A DNA stretch of 64,000 nucleotides from Desulfobacteraceae bacterium (GTDB lineage Bacteria; Desulfobacterota; Desulfobacteria; Desulfobacterales; SURF-7). Within the stretch, counting starts at the first letter, position 1, and each line of letters opens with the position of its first letter. Location of the stretch: assembly GCA_003599865.1 (NCBI GenBank), contig QZKS01000093.1, positions 3,484-67,483 on the forward strand. The letters run 5' to 3'. Under the pieces are notes generated by a model. The model had not been told where the DNA came from. It did not search any database and saw only the letters and a program-made list of their open reading frames with translations. The translations under genes and the position numbers were made by a program. Of the stretch, positions 26,265 to 33,476 are shown one piece after another.

Positions 26265-26355
26265 GGCCAACAACCGCATTAAGACCGACGCCGGGAAGTT
26301 CGGCGGCGCTTCGCGGCAAGGTTGATGGCGGCGCGGCTTATGCGGCGCGTTGGCT
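26265..26355 (+). mobile_element. Integron attC-like recombination site (about 91 bp)
   Basis: GGCCAAC-aa-CCGCATtAAG-accgacgccgggaagttcggcggcgcttcgcggcaaggttgatggcggcgcgg-CTTATGCGG-cgc-GTTGGCT. The outer and inner pairs are reverse complements with one unpaired T. It is oriented like the cassette ORFs. Confidence 0.6.
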
Positions 26356-26389
26356 GGAATAATTTCGATAAATTACAAAAGGAATAATT

Positions 26390-27397
26390 ATGGCCTTGAC
26401 AATACAAGCAAACGAAAATTGTCTGGTGAGGCATGCAGATTGTAAACGAATTTTTGGAGGGTCAAGAATTTGTTTTATTGCATGTCCGAACTCAGAAGAA
26501 ATTGCACTCGAGCTTGAAGTAATAAAACAGAAGTTGAGAGAAGTTAATATTGAGCCATATGTCGCGGTTGATAACAGAGATTTTCAAAAAGATATTTTTT
26601 GTGAAAAAATATGCACAAAAATTATTGAATCCCAATTCTGTATTGTAATTTTAAATGATGTAAAAGACCTTAAAGACCAGACTCGGAAACCAAATGCGAA
26701 TGTCTATTATGAATATGGTCTAATGACAGCATTCAGAAAAAGAATCATTCCAATTCAGCGCCTTGACCATCAACTGGCCTTTAACATTCAAAGTCTTGAT
26801 ACTCTCAAATACAATGCTGGAACTTTCCCAAAGTTAATCGAAGAAGCAATTCAAATGACATTGCTATCTCTTGATGAAAAAAACAAAGACAAAGAAGAAC
26901 TTGGTTATGATCTTAATCGAGCCGAATGGGCTCTTGATCTAATGGGGTTGATTCGAGCTGATGAACGATTTCGTTTTAGGCATGATCGAGTAGTCACTTC
27001 TCGTTCTCTTGGATTTCAGGCATATACTCATCCAAACGAAGGCACCCTTAATTTTGTAGGTATTTTCCCCCCAGAAGTGAATGAAAAAGAAATTATGCTC
27101 CGTTCTAAAATGCTAACTTTGAGAGTAAAAAACTATTGCACCCAACTTTCTAAGGACTTGGCAGAAGCAGAAAAATCATTAATCGAAAATCCGAGGTCAA
27201 TGGTTGAACAAAGAACAGGAGATTTAAGGGTTTGGATTGAGCAATTCTCCAAATCTCATGTCATTGTTATAAAAGACAACATGAGTGATCCAGAAAAATT
27301 TAAAAAAGAGTACGCTGACATCGTTAAAGAATATGGCTTTTCCTTAGCACTTGAAGTGATCGACAATGAAAGAATGAAACAATTATTGGGAAACTAA
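26390..27397 (+). CDS. Hypothetical protein with an N-terminal TIR-like (COG4271/PF10137-type) domain and an uncharacterised helical C-terminal domain
   Basis: 335 aa with AAAGGAA upstream. The N-terminal pattern is RICFIACPNSEE / IEPYVAVD / SQFCIVILNDV / PNANVYYEYGLMTAFRKRIIPI. This parallels KVFIGSS / ...W / FAIFVFSPDD / RDNVLFELGLFIGKLGKERVF of TIR-like nucleotide-binding domains (recalled, not searched). Confidence that this is a CDS is high. Confidence in the domain call is moderate to low. Confidence 0.5.
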   Translation: MALTIQANENCLVRHADCKRIFGGSRICFIACPNSEEIALELEVIKQKLREVNIEPYVAVDNRDFQKDIFCEKICTKIIESQFCIVILNDVKDLKDQTRKPNANVYYEYGLMTAFRKRIIPIQRLDHQLAFNIQSLDTLKYNAGTFPKLIEEAIQMTLLSLDEKNKDKEELGYDLNRAEWALDLMGLIRADERFRFRHDRVVTSRSLGFQAYTHPNEGTLNFVGIFPPEVNEKEIMLRSKMLTLRVKNYCTQLSKDLAEAEKSLIENPRSMVEQRTGDLRVWIEQFSKSHVIVIKDNMSDPEKFKKEYADIVKEYGFSLALEVIDNERMKQLLGN

Positions 27398-27400
27398 ATC

Positions 27401-27563
27401 GCCAACCAATCGCTTCAGTGGGCATCCAGGGCGGGCGCGTTTTTGAATGTTCTTCTGATATTGGTATTAATCGTTTTTTAAAAAGTTCAGTGGAAGCCCT
27501 GGCTGCTCACTGAGCTCTAGTGCTCGAAGCAATCGCTTGAAATGGAAATTGCACGCGTTGAAT
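27401..27563 (+). other. Possible second, degenerate attC-like imperfect palindrome
   Basis: It begins GCCAAC 4 nt after the stop of ORF 26390..27397. cagtgggcatccagggc (27417..27433) pairs with gccctggctgctcactg (27497..27513). It ends cgcGTTGAAT, which matches GTTRRRY. It is long (about 163 bp) and asymmetric. Confidence 0.25.
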
Positions 27564-27683
27564 TCCTGTATGAACATTCGCGAACTGTCTCTCAACTGGA
27601 CGGCCATGATCTCTGGGTGGAGTTTTCTTTTCCCCCGCAGTATGTAGCAGCTCGTTATATGCCGACATATATTTGAGGATAAT

Positions 27684-28193
27684 ATGCCAAAATTAAAAGC
27701 AAAAGGTCTTAAATGGCTCAAGGGATTTCATTTGATTGCCGTTTCTTGCTGGATCGGTGGTGCTGTTTCTTTGATATTGCTCTATTTTTTAAAAAATGGT
27801 GTGACTGATGGAAATGTTTTATATGGAATAAACAAAAGTATTCATCATGTTGATATGGCGGTTGTTGTAATTCCCGGTGCATTTGGATGCCTGATTACAG
27901 GATTCATTTATTCCTCATTCAGCAATTGGGGATTTTTCAAACATACCTGGATGATATTCAAGTGGGTTGTCACTATTGCGGCAATTTTATTTGGCACCTT
28001 TTTTCTCGGGCCCTGGGAAACGACAATGATGGACATTTCCGGAAAGTTGGGCATGTCATCATTGGATAACGCAGACTATCGATACAATGAAAATATGAAT
28101 TTGATTTTCGGCATGATACAAGTCACGGTGCTGATGATCACAATATTTATTTCTGTTTTTAAACCCTGGAAATCACGAAAAGCCAAAAAGTGA
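27684..28193 (+). CDS. Hypothetical integral membrane protein (four predicted TM helices)
   Basis: 169 aa. The hydrophobic segments are FHLIAVSCWIGGAVSLILLYF, MAVVVIPGAFGCLITGFIY, WMIFKWVVTIAAILFGTFFL and LIFGMIQVTVLMITIFISVF. Confidence 0.6.
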   Translation: MPKLKAKGLKWLKGFHLIAVSCWIGGAVSLILLYFLKNGVTDGNVLYGINKSIHHVDMAVVVIPGAFGCLITGFIYSSFSNWGFFKHTWMIFKWVVTIAAILFGTFFLGPWETTMMDISGKLGMSSLDNADYRYNENMNLIFGMIQVTVLMITIFISVFKPWKSRKAKK

Positions 28194-28288
28194 GCCGGAT
28201 CAACGGCATCAAAAGCAACGGCAGAAATGTCGCCGGGCATGCATTTTTTTACGCCATAGAAAATTTGATGACGGAAGGAGAAGCAGAG

Positions 28289-28822
28289 ATGGGCGTACTT
28301 GATGAAATTGAAAAAACAAAAATCAGGGATTTGCTGGGAAAGGGGTGGCTAACCCATGATGGTATGTGGTTTTATCATACTTACCGTGAATCCGGGTTGG
28401 AAAAAGCCAATGAATTAAACAAGGCGGCTATAAAATCCATGGCACCCTTTGAGATGGACAGAATGAAACGGATTCTGGGAATAGTCCGGTTGGATTTCGA
28501 AAATTTTGATGAACTTGTTCAGTTTATGCTTTCTGCTCTGGAACTGACTTTGCCTGAATCGGTTTTGAAAAACTTTCACATAACCGCGGCTGCTGAAAAT
28601 TTGATATGCTGGAAATGGGATAATTTCCAGTGCTTTGCTTATAAGGGAATGAAACAGATGGGACTCATCGATGGATACCGTTGTGGCGTGATGTACAGAA
28701 TTGAATGCTGGCTTGAATCACTGGGAATCACCTATTCGATGCAGCCGGTCATCCAGGGATGTCTCATGCATGAAAAAGGGGTATGTGAAGGAAAAATTAA
28801 AGTTTTCATGCCTCAGAAATGA
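28289..28822 (+). CDS. Hypothetical cytosolic protein, possibly DUF6125-like (low confidence in the family name)
   Basis: ORF 28190..28822. I moved the start to ATG 28289, which has AAGGAG upstream. It contains GKGWLTHDGMWFYH and a Cys-rich C-terminus. Confidence 0.55.
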   Translation: MGVLDEIEKTKIRDLLGKGWLTHDGMWFYHTYRESGLEKANELNKAAIKSMAPFEMDRMKRILGIVRLDFENFDELVQFMLSALELTLPESVLKNFHITAAAENLICWKWDNFQCFAYKGMKQMGLIDGYRCGVMYRIECWLESLGITYSMQPVIQGCLMHEKGVCEGKIKVFMPQK

Positions 28823-28952
28823 AGGCATCAAAAGCGGAAAAAACAATCTCACAGTCGGCAGACGTAAGCGCAATCATTGAAGGACTGATAAATGCCGATG
28901 GTCAAAACCATGGATGCAGTTTATCGTCGATGTATAAAAAGGATATGCCTGT

Positions 28953-29522
28953 ATGAAACGATGTGACTGGGCTGATGCAAGCCTTCCGGAAACCGAATAC
29001 CATGATGAAGAATGGGGCGTGCCGGTACATGATGACCGAAAGCATTTTGAAATGCTGATACTGGAAGGTGCTCAGGCCGGGTTGAGCTGGGTAACGGTGC
29101 TGCGCAAGCGGCAGGCATATCATCAGGCATTCAAGGGATTTGATCCGAGTCGGGTTGCCTGTATGACCGACCATGAGCTTGAGGATCAGTTGAAAAATCC
29201 CGGGATTATTCGCAACCGCCTGAAAGTGTTTGCTGCAAGAAAGAACGCGGTTGTGTTTCTGAATATACGGAAAGAGTTCGGCAGCTTTGATGCGTATGTC
29301 TGGCGGTTTGTCGGCGGAAAACCGATTGATGGAAAACGCAGGACAATCCGGGATGTCCCTGCTAAAACAGCCGAGAGCGATGCACTTTCCAAAGACCTTA
29401 AAAAACGGGGAATGTCGTTCGTTGGTTCTACCATTATATATGCGTATATGCAGGCAGCAGGCATGGTGAATGATCATCTGGTTTCTTGTTTTCGATATTC
29501 GGAAGTAAAGAAATACCTGTAA
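28953..29522 (+). CDS. tag: DNA-3-methyladenine glycosylase I
   Basis: MKRCDWA...YHDEEWGVPVHDDRKHFEMLILEGAQAGLSWVTVLRKR..AF..FD...VA, plus ...GSTIIYAYMQAAGMVNDH. This is the classic Tag sequence. Confidence 0.88.
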   Translation: MKRCDWADASLPETEYHDEEWGVPVHDDRKHFEMLILEGAQAGLSWVTVLRKRQAYHQAFKGFDPSRVACMTDHELEDQLKNPGIIRNRLKVFAARKNAVVFLNIRKEFGSFDAYVWRFVGGKPIDGKRRTIRDVPAKTAESDALSKDLKKRGMSFVGSTIIYAYMQAAGMVNDHLVSCFRYSEVKKYL

Positions 29523-29603
29523 TCATGAATGACAAGGCTGATTCTGACGGTAAAAAAAACCGGCGCGGCTGATTGGCCGGGTTGGGAAGTTACGAGGAAA
29601 AAT

Positions 29604-29984
29604 ATGAAACTGATCACCATGGTCTATATTCTGAACGCGACCTTATTGCTGTTGCATGAGATTGAATCCGCTTATGAAAAGGAATGGGAAATTTTAAAAC
29701 TGCCGGGGAAAATCTCAGGCTTTTTGCTCCTTCATATTCCCATAATCCTGTTTATTTTTTATGGCCTGATTGAGCTGGAACAGCTTTCGGCTTTCGGGCT
29801 TATTGCCGGAATCATATTGGGAATCGGCGGCCTTATTCCATTTGTTGTGCATAAAATTTTTGTCAAAAGAAGCGGTCATTTTGATAGATTTATTTCGAAT
29901 TCGCTTATTTATCTTAATGTTTTGTCAGGCGGATTCCTGCTCTATCTGTCATGGGGGACTTTGTTGACAAATTTTACAAAATAG
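29604..29984 (+). CDS. Hypothetical small membrane protein
   Basis: ORF 29529..29984. I moved the start to ATG 29604. There are 4 hydrophobic helices and an HEIESAYEKEWEIL motif after TM1. Confidence 0.5.
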   Translation: MKLITMVYILNATLLLLHEIESAYEKEWEILKLPGKISGFLLLHIPIILFIFYGLIELEQLSAFGLIAGIILGIGGLIPFVVHKIFVKRSGHFDRFISNSLIYLNVLSGGFLLYLSWGTLLTNFTK

Positions 29985-30059
29985 TCTCACGCGGAGCCAA
30001 AACCCTTCTGATCCCGGAACATTTTTTCCGGTAAGCGCGTTGAATTGCGCTTGTGCCTG

Positions 30060-30266
30060 TCAGCCCTGTGCAGTCGCCGAACCCGGTCCTGCCAGAGGCT
30101 TGAATGCTTTTTTGCTTGCGCCGCATACCGGGCATTTCCAGTCATCCGGCAGATCCTCGAATTTCACTCCTTTGGCGATTTTCCCTTTCCGGTCACCCTT
30201 GTCGGGATTGTAGATATAGCCGCAGCTCGTGGTCTGGCACTGATACATTTCTTCCGGGTTTGCCAT
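30060..30266 (-). CDS. Rubredoxin-like protein with an atypical CX4C first metal-binding motif
   Basis: 68 aa: [18 protein letters not shown]...[20 protein letters not shown]. The second motif is the canonical CPVCG. The first is C-QTTS-C instead of CxxC. Confidence 0.8.
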   Translation of the reverse strand: MANPEEMYQCQTTSCGYIYNPDKGDRKGKIAKGVKFEDLPDDWKCPVCGASKKAFKPLAGPGSATAQG

Positions 30267-30559
30267 AGATGGCCTCCTGTCTGTTCTGCCGGGTCCGGCA
30301 GGTTTGTGAGTCTGAAATACCGCAATGAGGTTGATGCCGGTTTCATAAAACCATATTTTACACCCATTATCAATTCAGAAGTCATTGATGTATAAAATAG
30401 GGACACCCCCAATATTTTTTCATCACCTTCCTCTTTTTTCATTTCAATTCATTTTATAAAATCTGTCAAAATGGTTGTTTTTTGGAAAAATGGAGTGTAA
30501 AAGTCATCCATTTGTATATTTCAGACAACCGAACCAGAAGGATATTTGAGGACAGGGTT

Positions 30560-30820
30560 ATGAAATACTGGAGGGTTCCCCTTGATTCCGGTGAAATTCA
30601 GATTACACGGGGCAGGGTTCATATCATTGAAGACAGGTGCAAGGGGTGCGGTTACTGTATTGAATACTGTCCCCGGGAAGTTCTTGAATTTTCAAAAAAG
30701 TTCAATGCCAAAGGGTATCATCCGCCCCAGGTGAAAAACGAGGACTGCCTGAACTGCCATTATTGTGAACTGCTGTGTCCGGAGTTTGCCATTTATTCCG
30801 AAGCGGCATTCGGACAATAA
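30560..30820 (+). CDS. korD: 2-oxoacid:ferredoxin oxidoreductase delta subunit (2x[4Fe-4S] ferredoxin)
   Basis: I moved the start to ATG 30560; the track uses TTG 30482. Cluster motifs are CKGCGYCIEYCP and CLNCHYCELLCP. It sits directly upstream of korA. Confidence 0.8.
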   Translation: MKYWRVPLDSGEIQITRGRVHIIEDRCKGCGYCIEYCPREVLEFSKKFNAKGYHPPQVKNEDCLNCHYCELLCPEFAIYSEAAFGQ

Positions 30821-30868
30821 GGGATCAGGGGGCGGATATCATCCACAGAAAACAATGTATCATGGATA

Positions 30869-32023
30869 ATGACACACATGAAACCACAAGTTCTCACAGG
30901 TGAACATTTTATTAATGGTGATGAGGCCTGCGCTGAAGGAGCCATTGCGGCAGGGTGCAGATTTTTCGGGGGGTATCCCATTACGCCGGCAACGGAAGTG
31001 GCCGAACAGATGTCGGTCCGTCTTCCTCACGTGGGCGGAACCTTTATTCAGATGGAAGACGAGATCGCGGCCATGACCTCCATTCTCGGAGCGGCATGGA
31101 CCGGCATCAAAACCATGACCGCCACATCCGGACCCGGCTTCAGCCTGATGATGGAAACCGTGGGGCTTGCCATCGTGACCGAGACCCCTTGCGTGGTGGT
31201 CAATGTCCAGCGTGCCGGGCCTTCCACCGGCCTTCCCACCCAGGGCGCCCAGGGGGATATGATGCAGGTCCGCTGGGGATCACACGGCGACTATGAAGTC
31301 ATCGCTCTTGCCCCGTCTTCGCCCCAGGAGATGTTTGACCTGACCATTACGGCCTTTAACCTGAGCGAAAAATACCGGACGCCGGTGTTTATCATGTCCG
31401 ACGAGATTGTGGGGCATATGAGCGAGAAGGTAGTGATTCCCGAGGCGCGGAAAATCAGGACCGTTTCCCGTGTGAAGCCCGCGGGCAGGAAAGACCGGTT
31501 CAAGCCCTATCAGCCCGGCCTGCTGGGAGTGGCCCCCATGCCGGCCATCGGAGACGGGTACAATGTTCATGTGACCGGTCTCACCCATGATGAAAAAGGG
31601 TATCCGGTCATGTCCGTGGATACGCAAAAAGAGATGATGGACCGGCTTCTGGGCAAGATCCGCAACAACCTGGATGACATCATTCTCACCGAGGACTATC
31701 GGCTGGAGGATGCGGATGTCGTTCTGGTGTCCTACGGCGTTTCGGCGCGGACCGCTTACACGGCTGTGGAAGAGGCCCGTGAAATGGGGCTCCGGGTGGG
31801 ACTCCTGCGCCTGATTACCGTATGGCCGTTTCCGGAACAGCGTATCCGGGAGCTGGCTAAACGGGTCAAGGCATTTATCACCGTGGAAATCAATATGGGG
31901 CAGATCAGCCGGGAAGTAGAGCGGTGTGCGGGAACGGTTCCCGGTTTTACGGCCGGCCATCACGGGGGCGCGGTCGTGCCGCCCGATGATGTCCTGAAGA
32001 TCGCAAAGGAGGTCCTGGCATGA
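30869..32023 (+). CDS. korA: 2-oxoglutarate/2-oxoacid:ferredoxin oxidoreductase alpha subunit
   Basis: GDEACAEGAIAAGCRFFGGYPITPATE, QMEDEIAAM and TATSGPGFSLM. It has a 4-nt overlap with korB. Confidence 0.88.
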   Translation: MTHMKPQVLTGEHFINGDEACAEGAIAAGCRFFGGYPITPATEVAEQMSVRLPHVGGTFIQMEDEIAAMTSILGAAWTGIKTMTATSGPGFSLMMETVGLAIVTETPCVVVNVQRAGPSTGLPTQGAQGDMMQVRWGSHGDYEVIALAPSSPQEMFDLTITAFNLSEKYRTPVFIMSDEIVGHMSEKVVIPEARKIRTVSRVKPAGRKDRFKPYQPGLLGVAPMPAIGDGYNVHVTGLTHDEKGYPVMSVDTQKEMMDRLLGKIRNNLDDIILTEDYRLEDADVVLVSYGVSARTAYTAVEEAREMGLRVGLLRLITVWPFPEQRIRELAKRVKAFITVEINMGQISREVERCAGTVPGFTAGHHGGAVVPPDDVLKIAKEVLA

Positions 32024-32880
32024 AGCATGATGAAACAGCCGGTATGGCGCATCCCCTGGAAGACCTGGTCCGCATGGACCGCATTCCCCATATCTGGTGT
32101 CCGGGGTGCGGTATCGGATCGGTTTTTACTTCCTGCCTGACAGCCGTCAAACAGACCAATATACCGTATAATCAGTTCACGATGGTTTCGGGTATCGGCT
32201 GTTCCGGACGCGGGGCCGGTTACATCAATATCGATTCCTTTCATACCACCCACGGCCGGGCCATTCCGTTTGCATCCGGCATCAAGATGGCCAGACCGGA
32301 CCTCAATGTCATTGTGTTTTCCGGTGATGGGGACCTGTTTGCCATCGGCGGAAACCATTTTATCCATGCGGCCAGGCGGAACATGGATCTTACCGTGATC
32401 TGCGTCAACAACCTGACCTACGGCATGACCGGCGGACAGGTTGCGGCGACCACGCCGTTTAAGGCCAGATCCTCCACTACCGCATTGGGGAATCCGGATA
32501 CCCCTTTTAATCTGCCCCTTCTGGCCTATGCGTCAGGAGCCACCTATGTGGCCCGCTGGACCATGCTGCATGCAAGGGATCTGGCCGACTGCATACAGGA
32601 AGCGATCCTGCGCAGGGGTTTTTCCTTTATCGAGGTGCTGTCGCCATGCCCCATCAATTACGGGCGCCGGAACCGGGAAAAAACCCTGGAGACCTTGAAG
32701 AAATATCATGACAATACCATTGTGAAAAACGGAGCCAGCCCCACGGAGCTGGAGGTGGATTTTAACAAGGGCGTGATTCTGGGAAAATTCATCGACATTG
32801 AAAAACCTACCTGTGACGAGGTGTATCGCAGGATGTACCGGCCCCCGGAGGAGACAACGGAAAACCGTAAAAGCAGGTGA
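32020..32880 (+). CDS. korB: 2-oxoglutarate/2-oxoacid:ferredoxin oxidoreductase beta subunit (TPP-binding)
   Basis: WCPGCGIGS, GIGCSGR, HTTHGRAIPFASG and the TPP motif GDGDLFAIGGNHFIHAARRN. Confidence 0.88.
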   Translation: MKHDETAGMAHPLEDLVRMDRIPHIWCPGCGIGSVFTSCLTAVKQTNIPYNQFTMVSGIGCSGRGAGYINIDSFHTTHGRAIPFASGIKMARPDLNVIVFSGDGDLFAIGGNHFIHAARRNMDLTVICVNNLTYGMTGGQVAATTPFKARSSTTALGNPDTPFNLPLLAYASGATYVARWTMLHARDLADCIQEAILRRGFSFIEVLSPCPINYGRRNREKTLETLKKYHDNTIVKNGASPTELEVDFNKGVILGKFIDIEKPTCDEVYRRMYRPPEETTENRKSR

Positions 32881-32885
32881 GGAAT

Positions 32886-33476
32886 ATGGCAAGGAAAATC
32901 AATAAGCAGGAAGTGATTGTTACCGGATTCGGCGGCCAGGGCATTGTCCTTGCGGGAAAAATTCTGGGAATGGCCGCTGCCCTGGGAGATCACAAGGAAA
33001 GCACCCTGGTGCAGTCCTATGGTCCGGAATCCCGCGGCGGTGCGTGCTGCGCCCAGGTGATTATTTCGGACAGGGTCATTCAGTATCCGTATGTCAATAT
33101 GGCGGATGTGCTGGTGTGCATGTCCCAGTCCGCCTATGAAAAATACAAGGACCAGATCAAGCCGGAGGGGTATCTGATCACGGACAAGGATCTGGTGAAG
33201 CCGGACGGGCGAAGGGAAGTATTTGATATCCCGGCCACCCGCATGGCAGAGGAACTCGGCCGCAAGATGATGGCCAATATCATCATGCTCGGTTTTGTGA
33301 CAGCCGTTTCCACGCTCGTTTCCGAGAAGGCGGCCCGGGAAGCGGTCAACTCCTCGGTTCCCAAGGGTACGGAGGAAATGAACCTCAAGGCCTTTACCAA
33401 AGGGTTTGAATACGGTCTGTCCAAGTTGAAAGGCAAAGAGAAAAAAGCAGCCGGCAAGACAGGAGCCATTGCATGA
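32886..33476 (+). CDS. korC: 2-oxoglutarate/2-oxoacid:ferredoxin oxidoreductase gamma subunit
   Basis: I moved the start to ATG 32886 (AGGTGAGG upstream). Blocks are VIVTGFGGQGIVLAGKILG and SYGPESRGG. Confidence 0.85.
   Translation: MARKINKQEVIVTGFGGQGIVLAGKILGMAAALGDHKESTLVQSYGPESRGGACCAQVIISDRVIQYPYVNMADVLVCMSQSAYEKYKDQIKPEGYLITDKDLVKPDGRREVFDIPATRMAEELGRKMMANIIMLGFVTAVSTLVSEKAAREAVNSSVPKGTEEMNLKAFTKGFEYGLSKLKGKEKKAAGKTGAIA

Noticed and set aside
30482-30559. The extended TTG start for korD given in the ORF track
   Set aside because: The extension adds 26 residues not found in KorD-type ferredoxins. The ATG at 30560 gives the usual protein of about 86 aa starting MKYWRVPLD.
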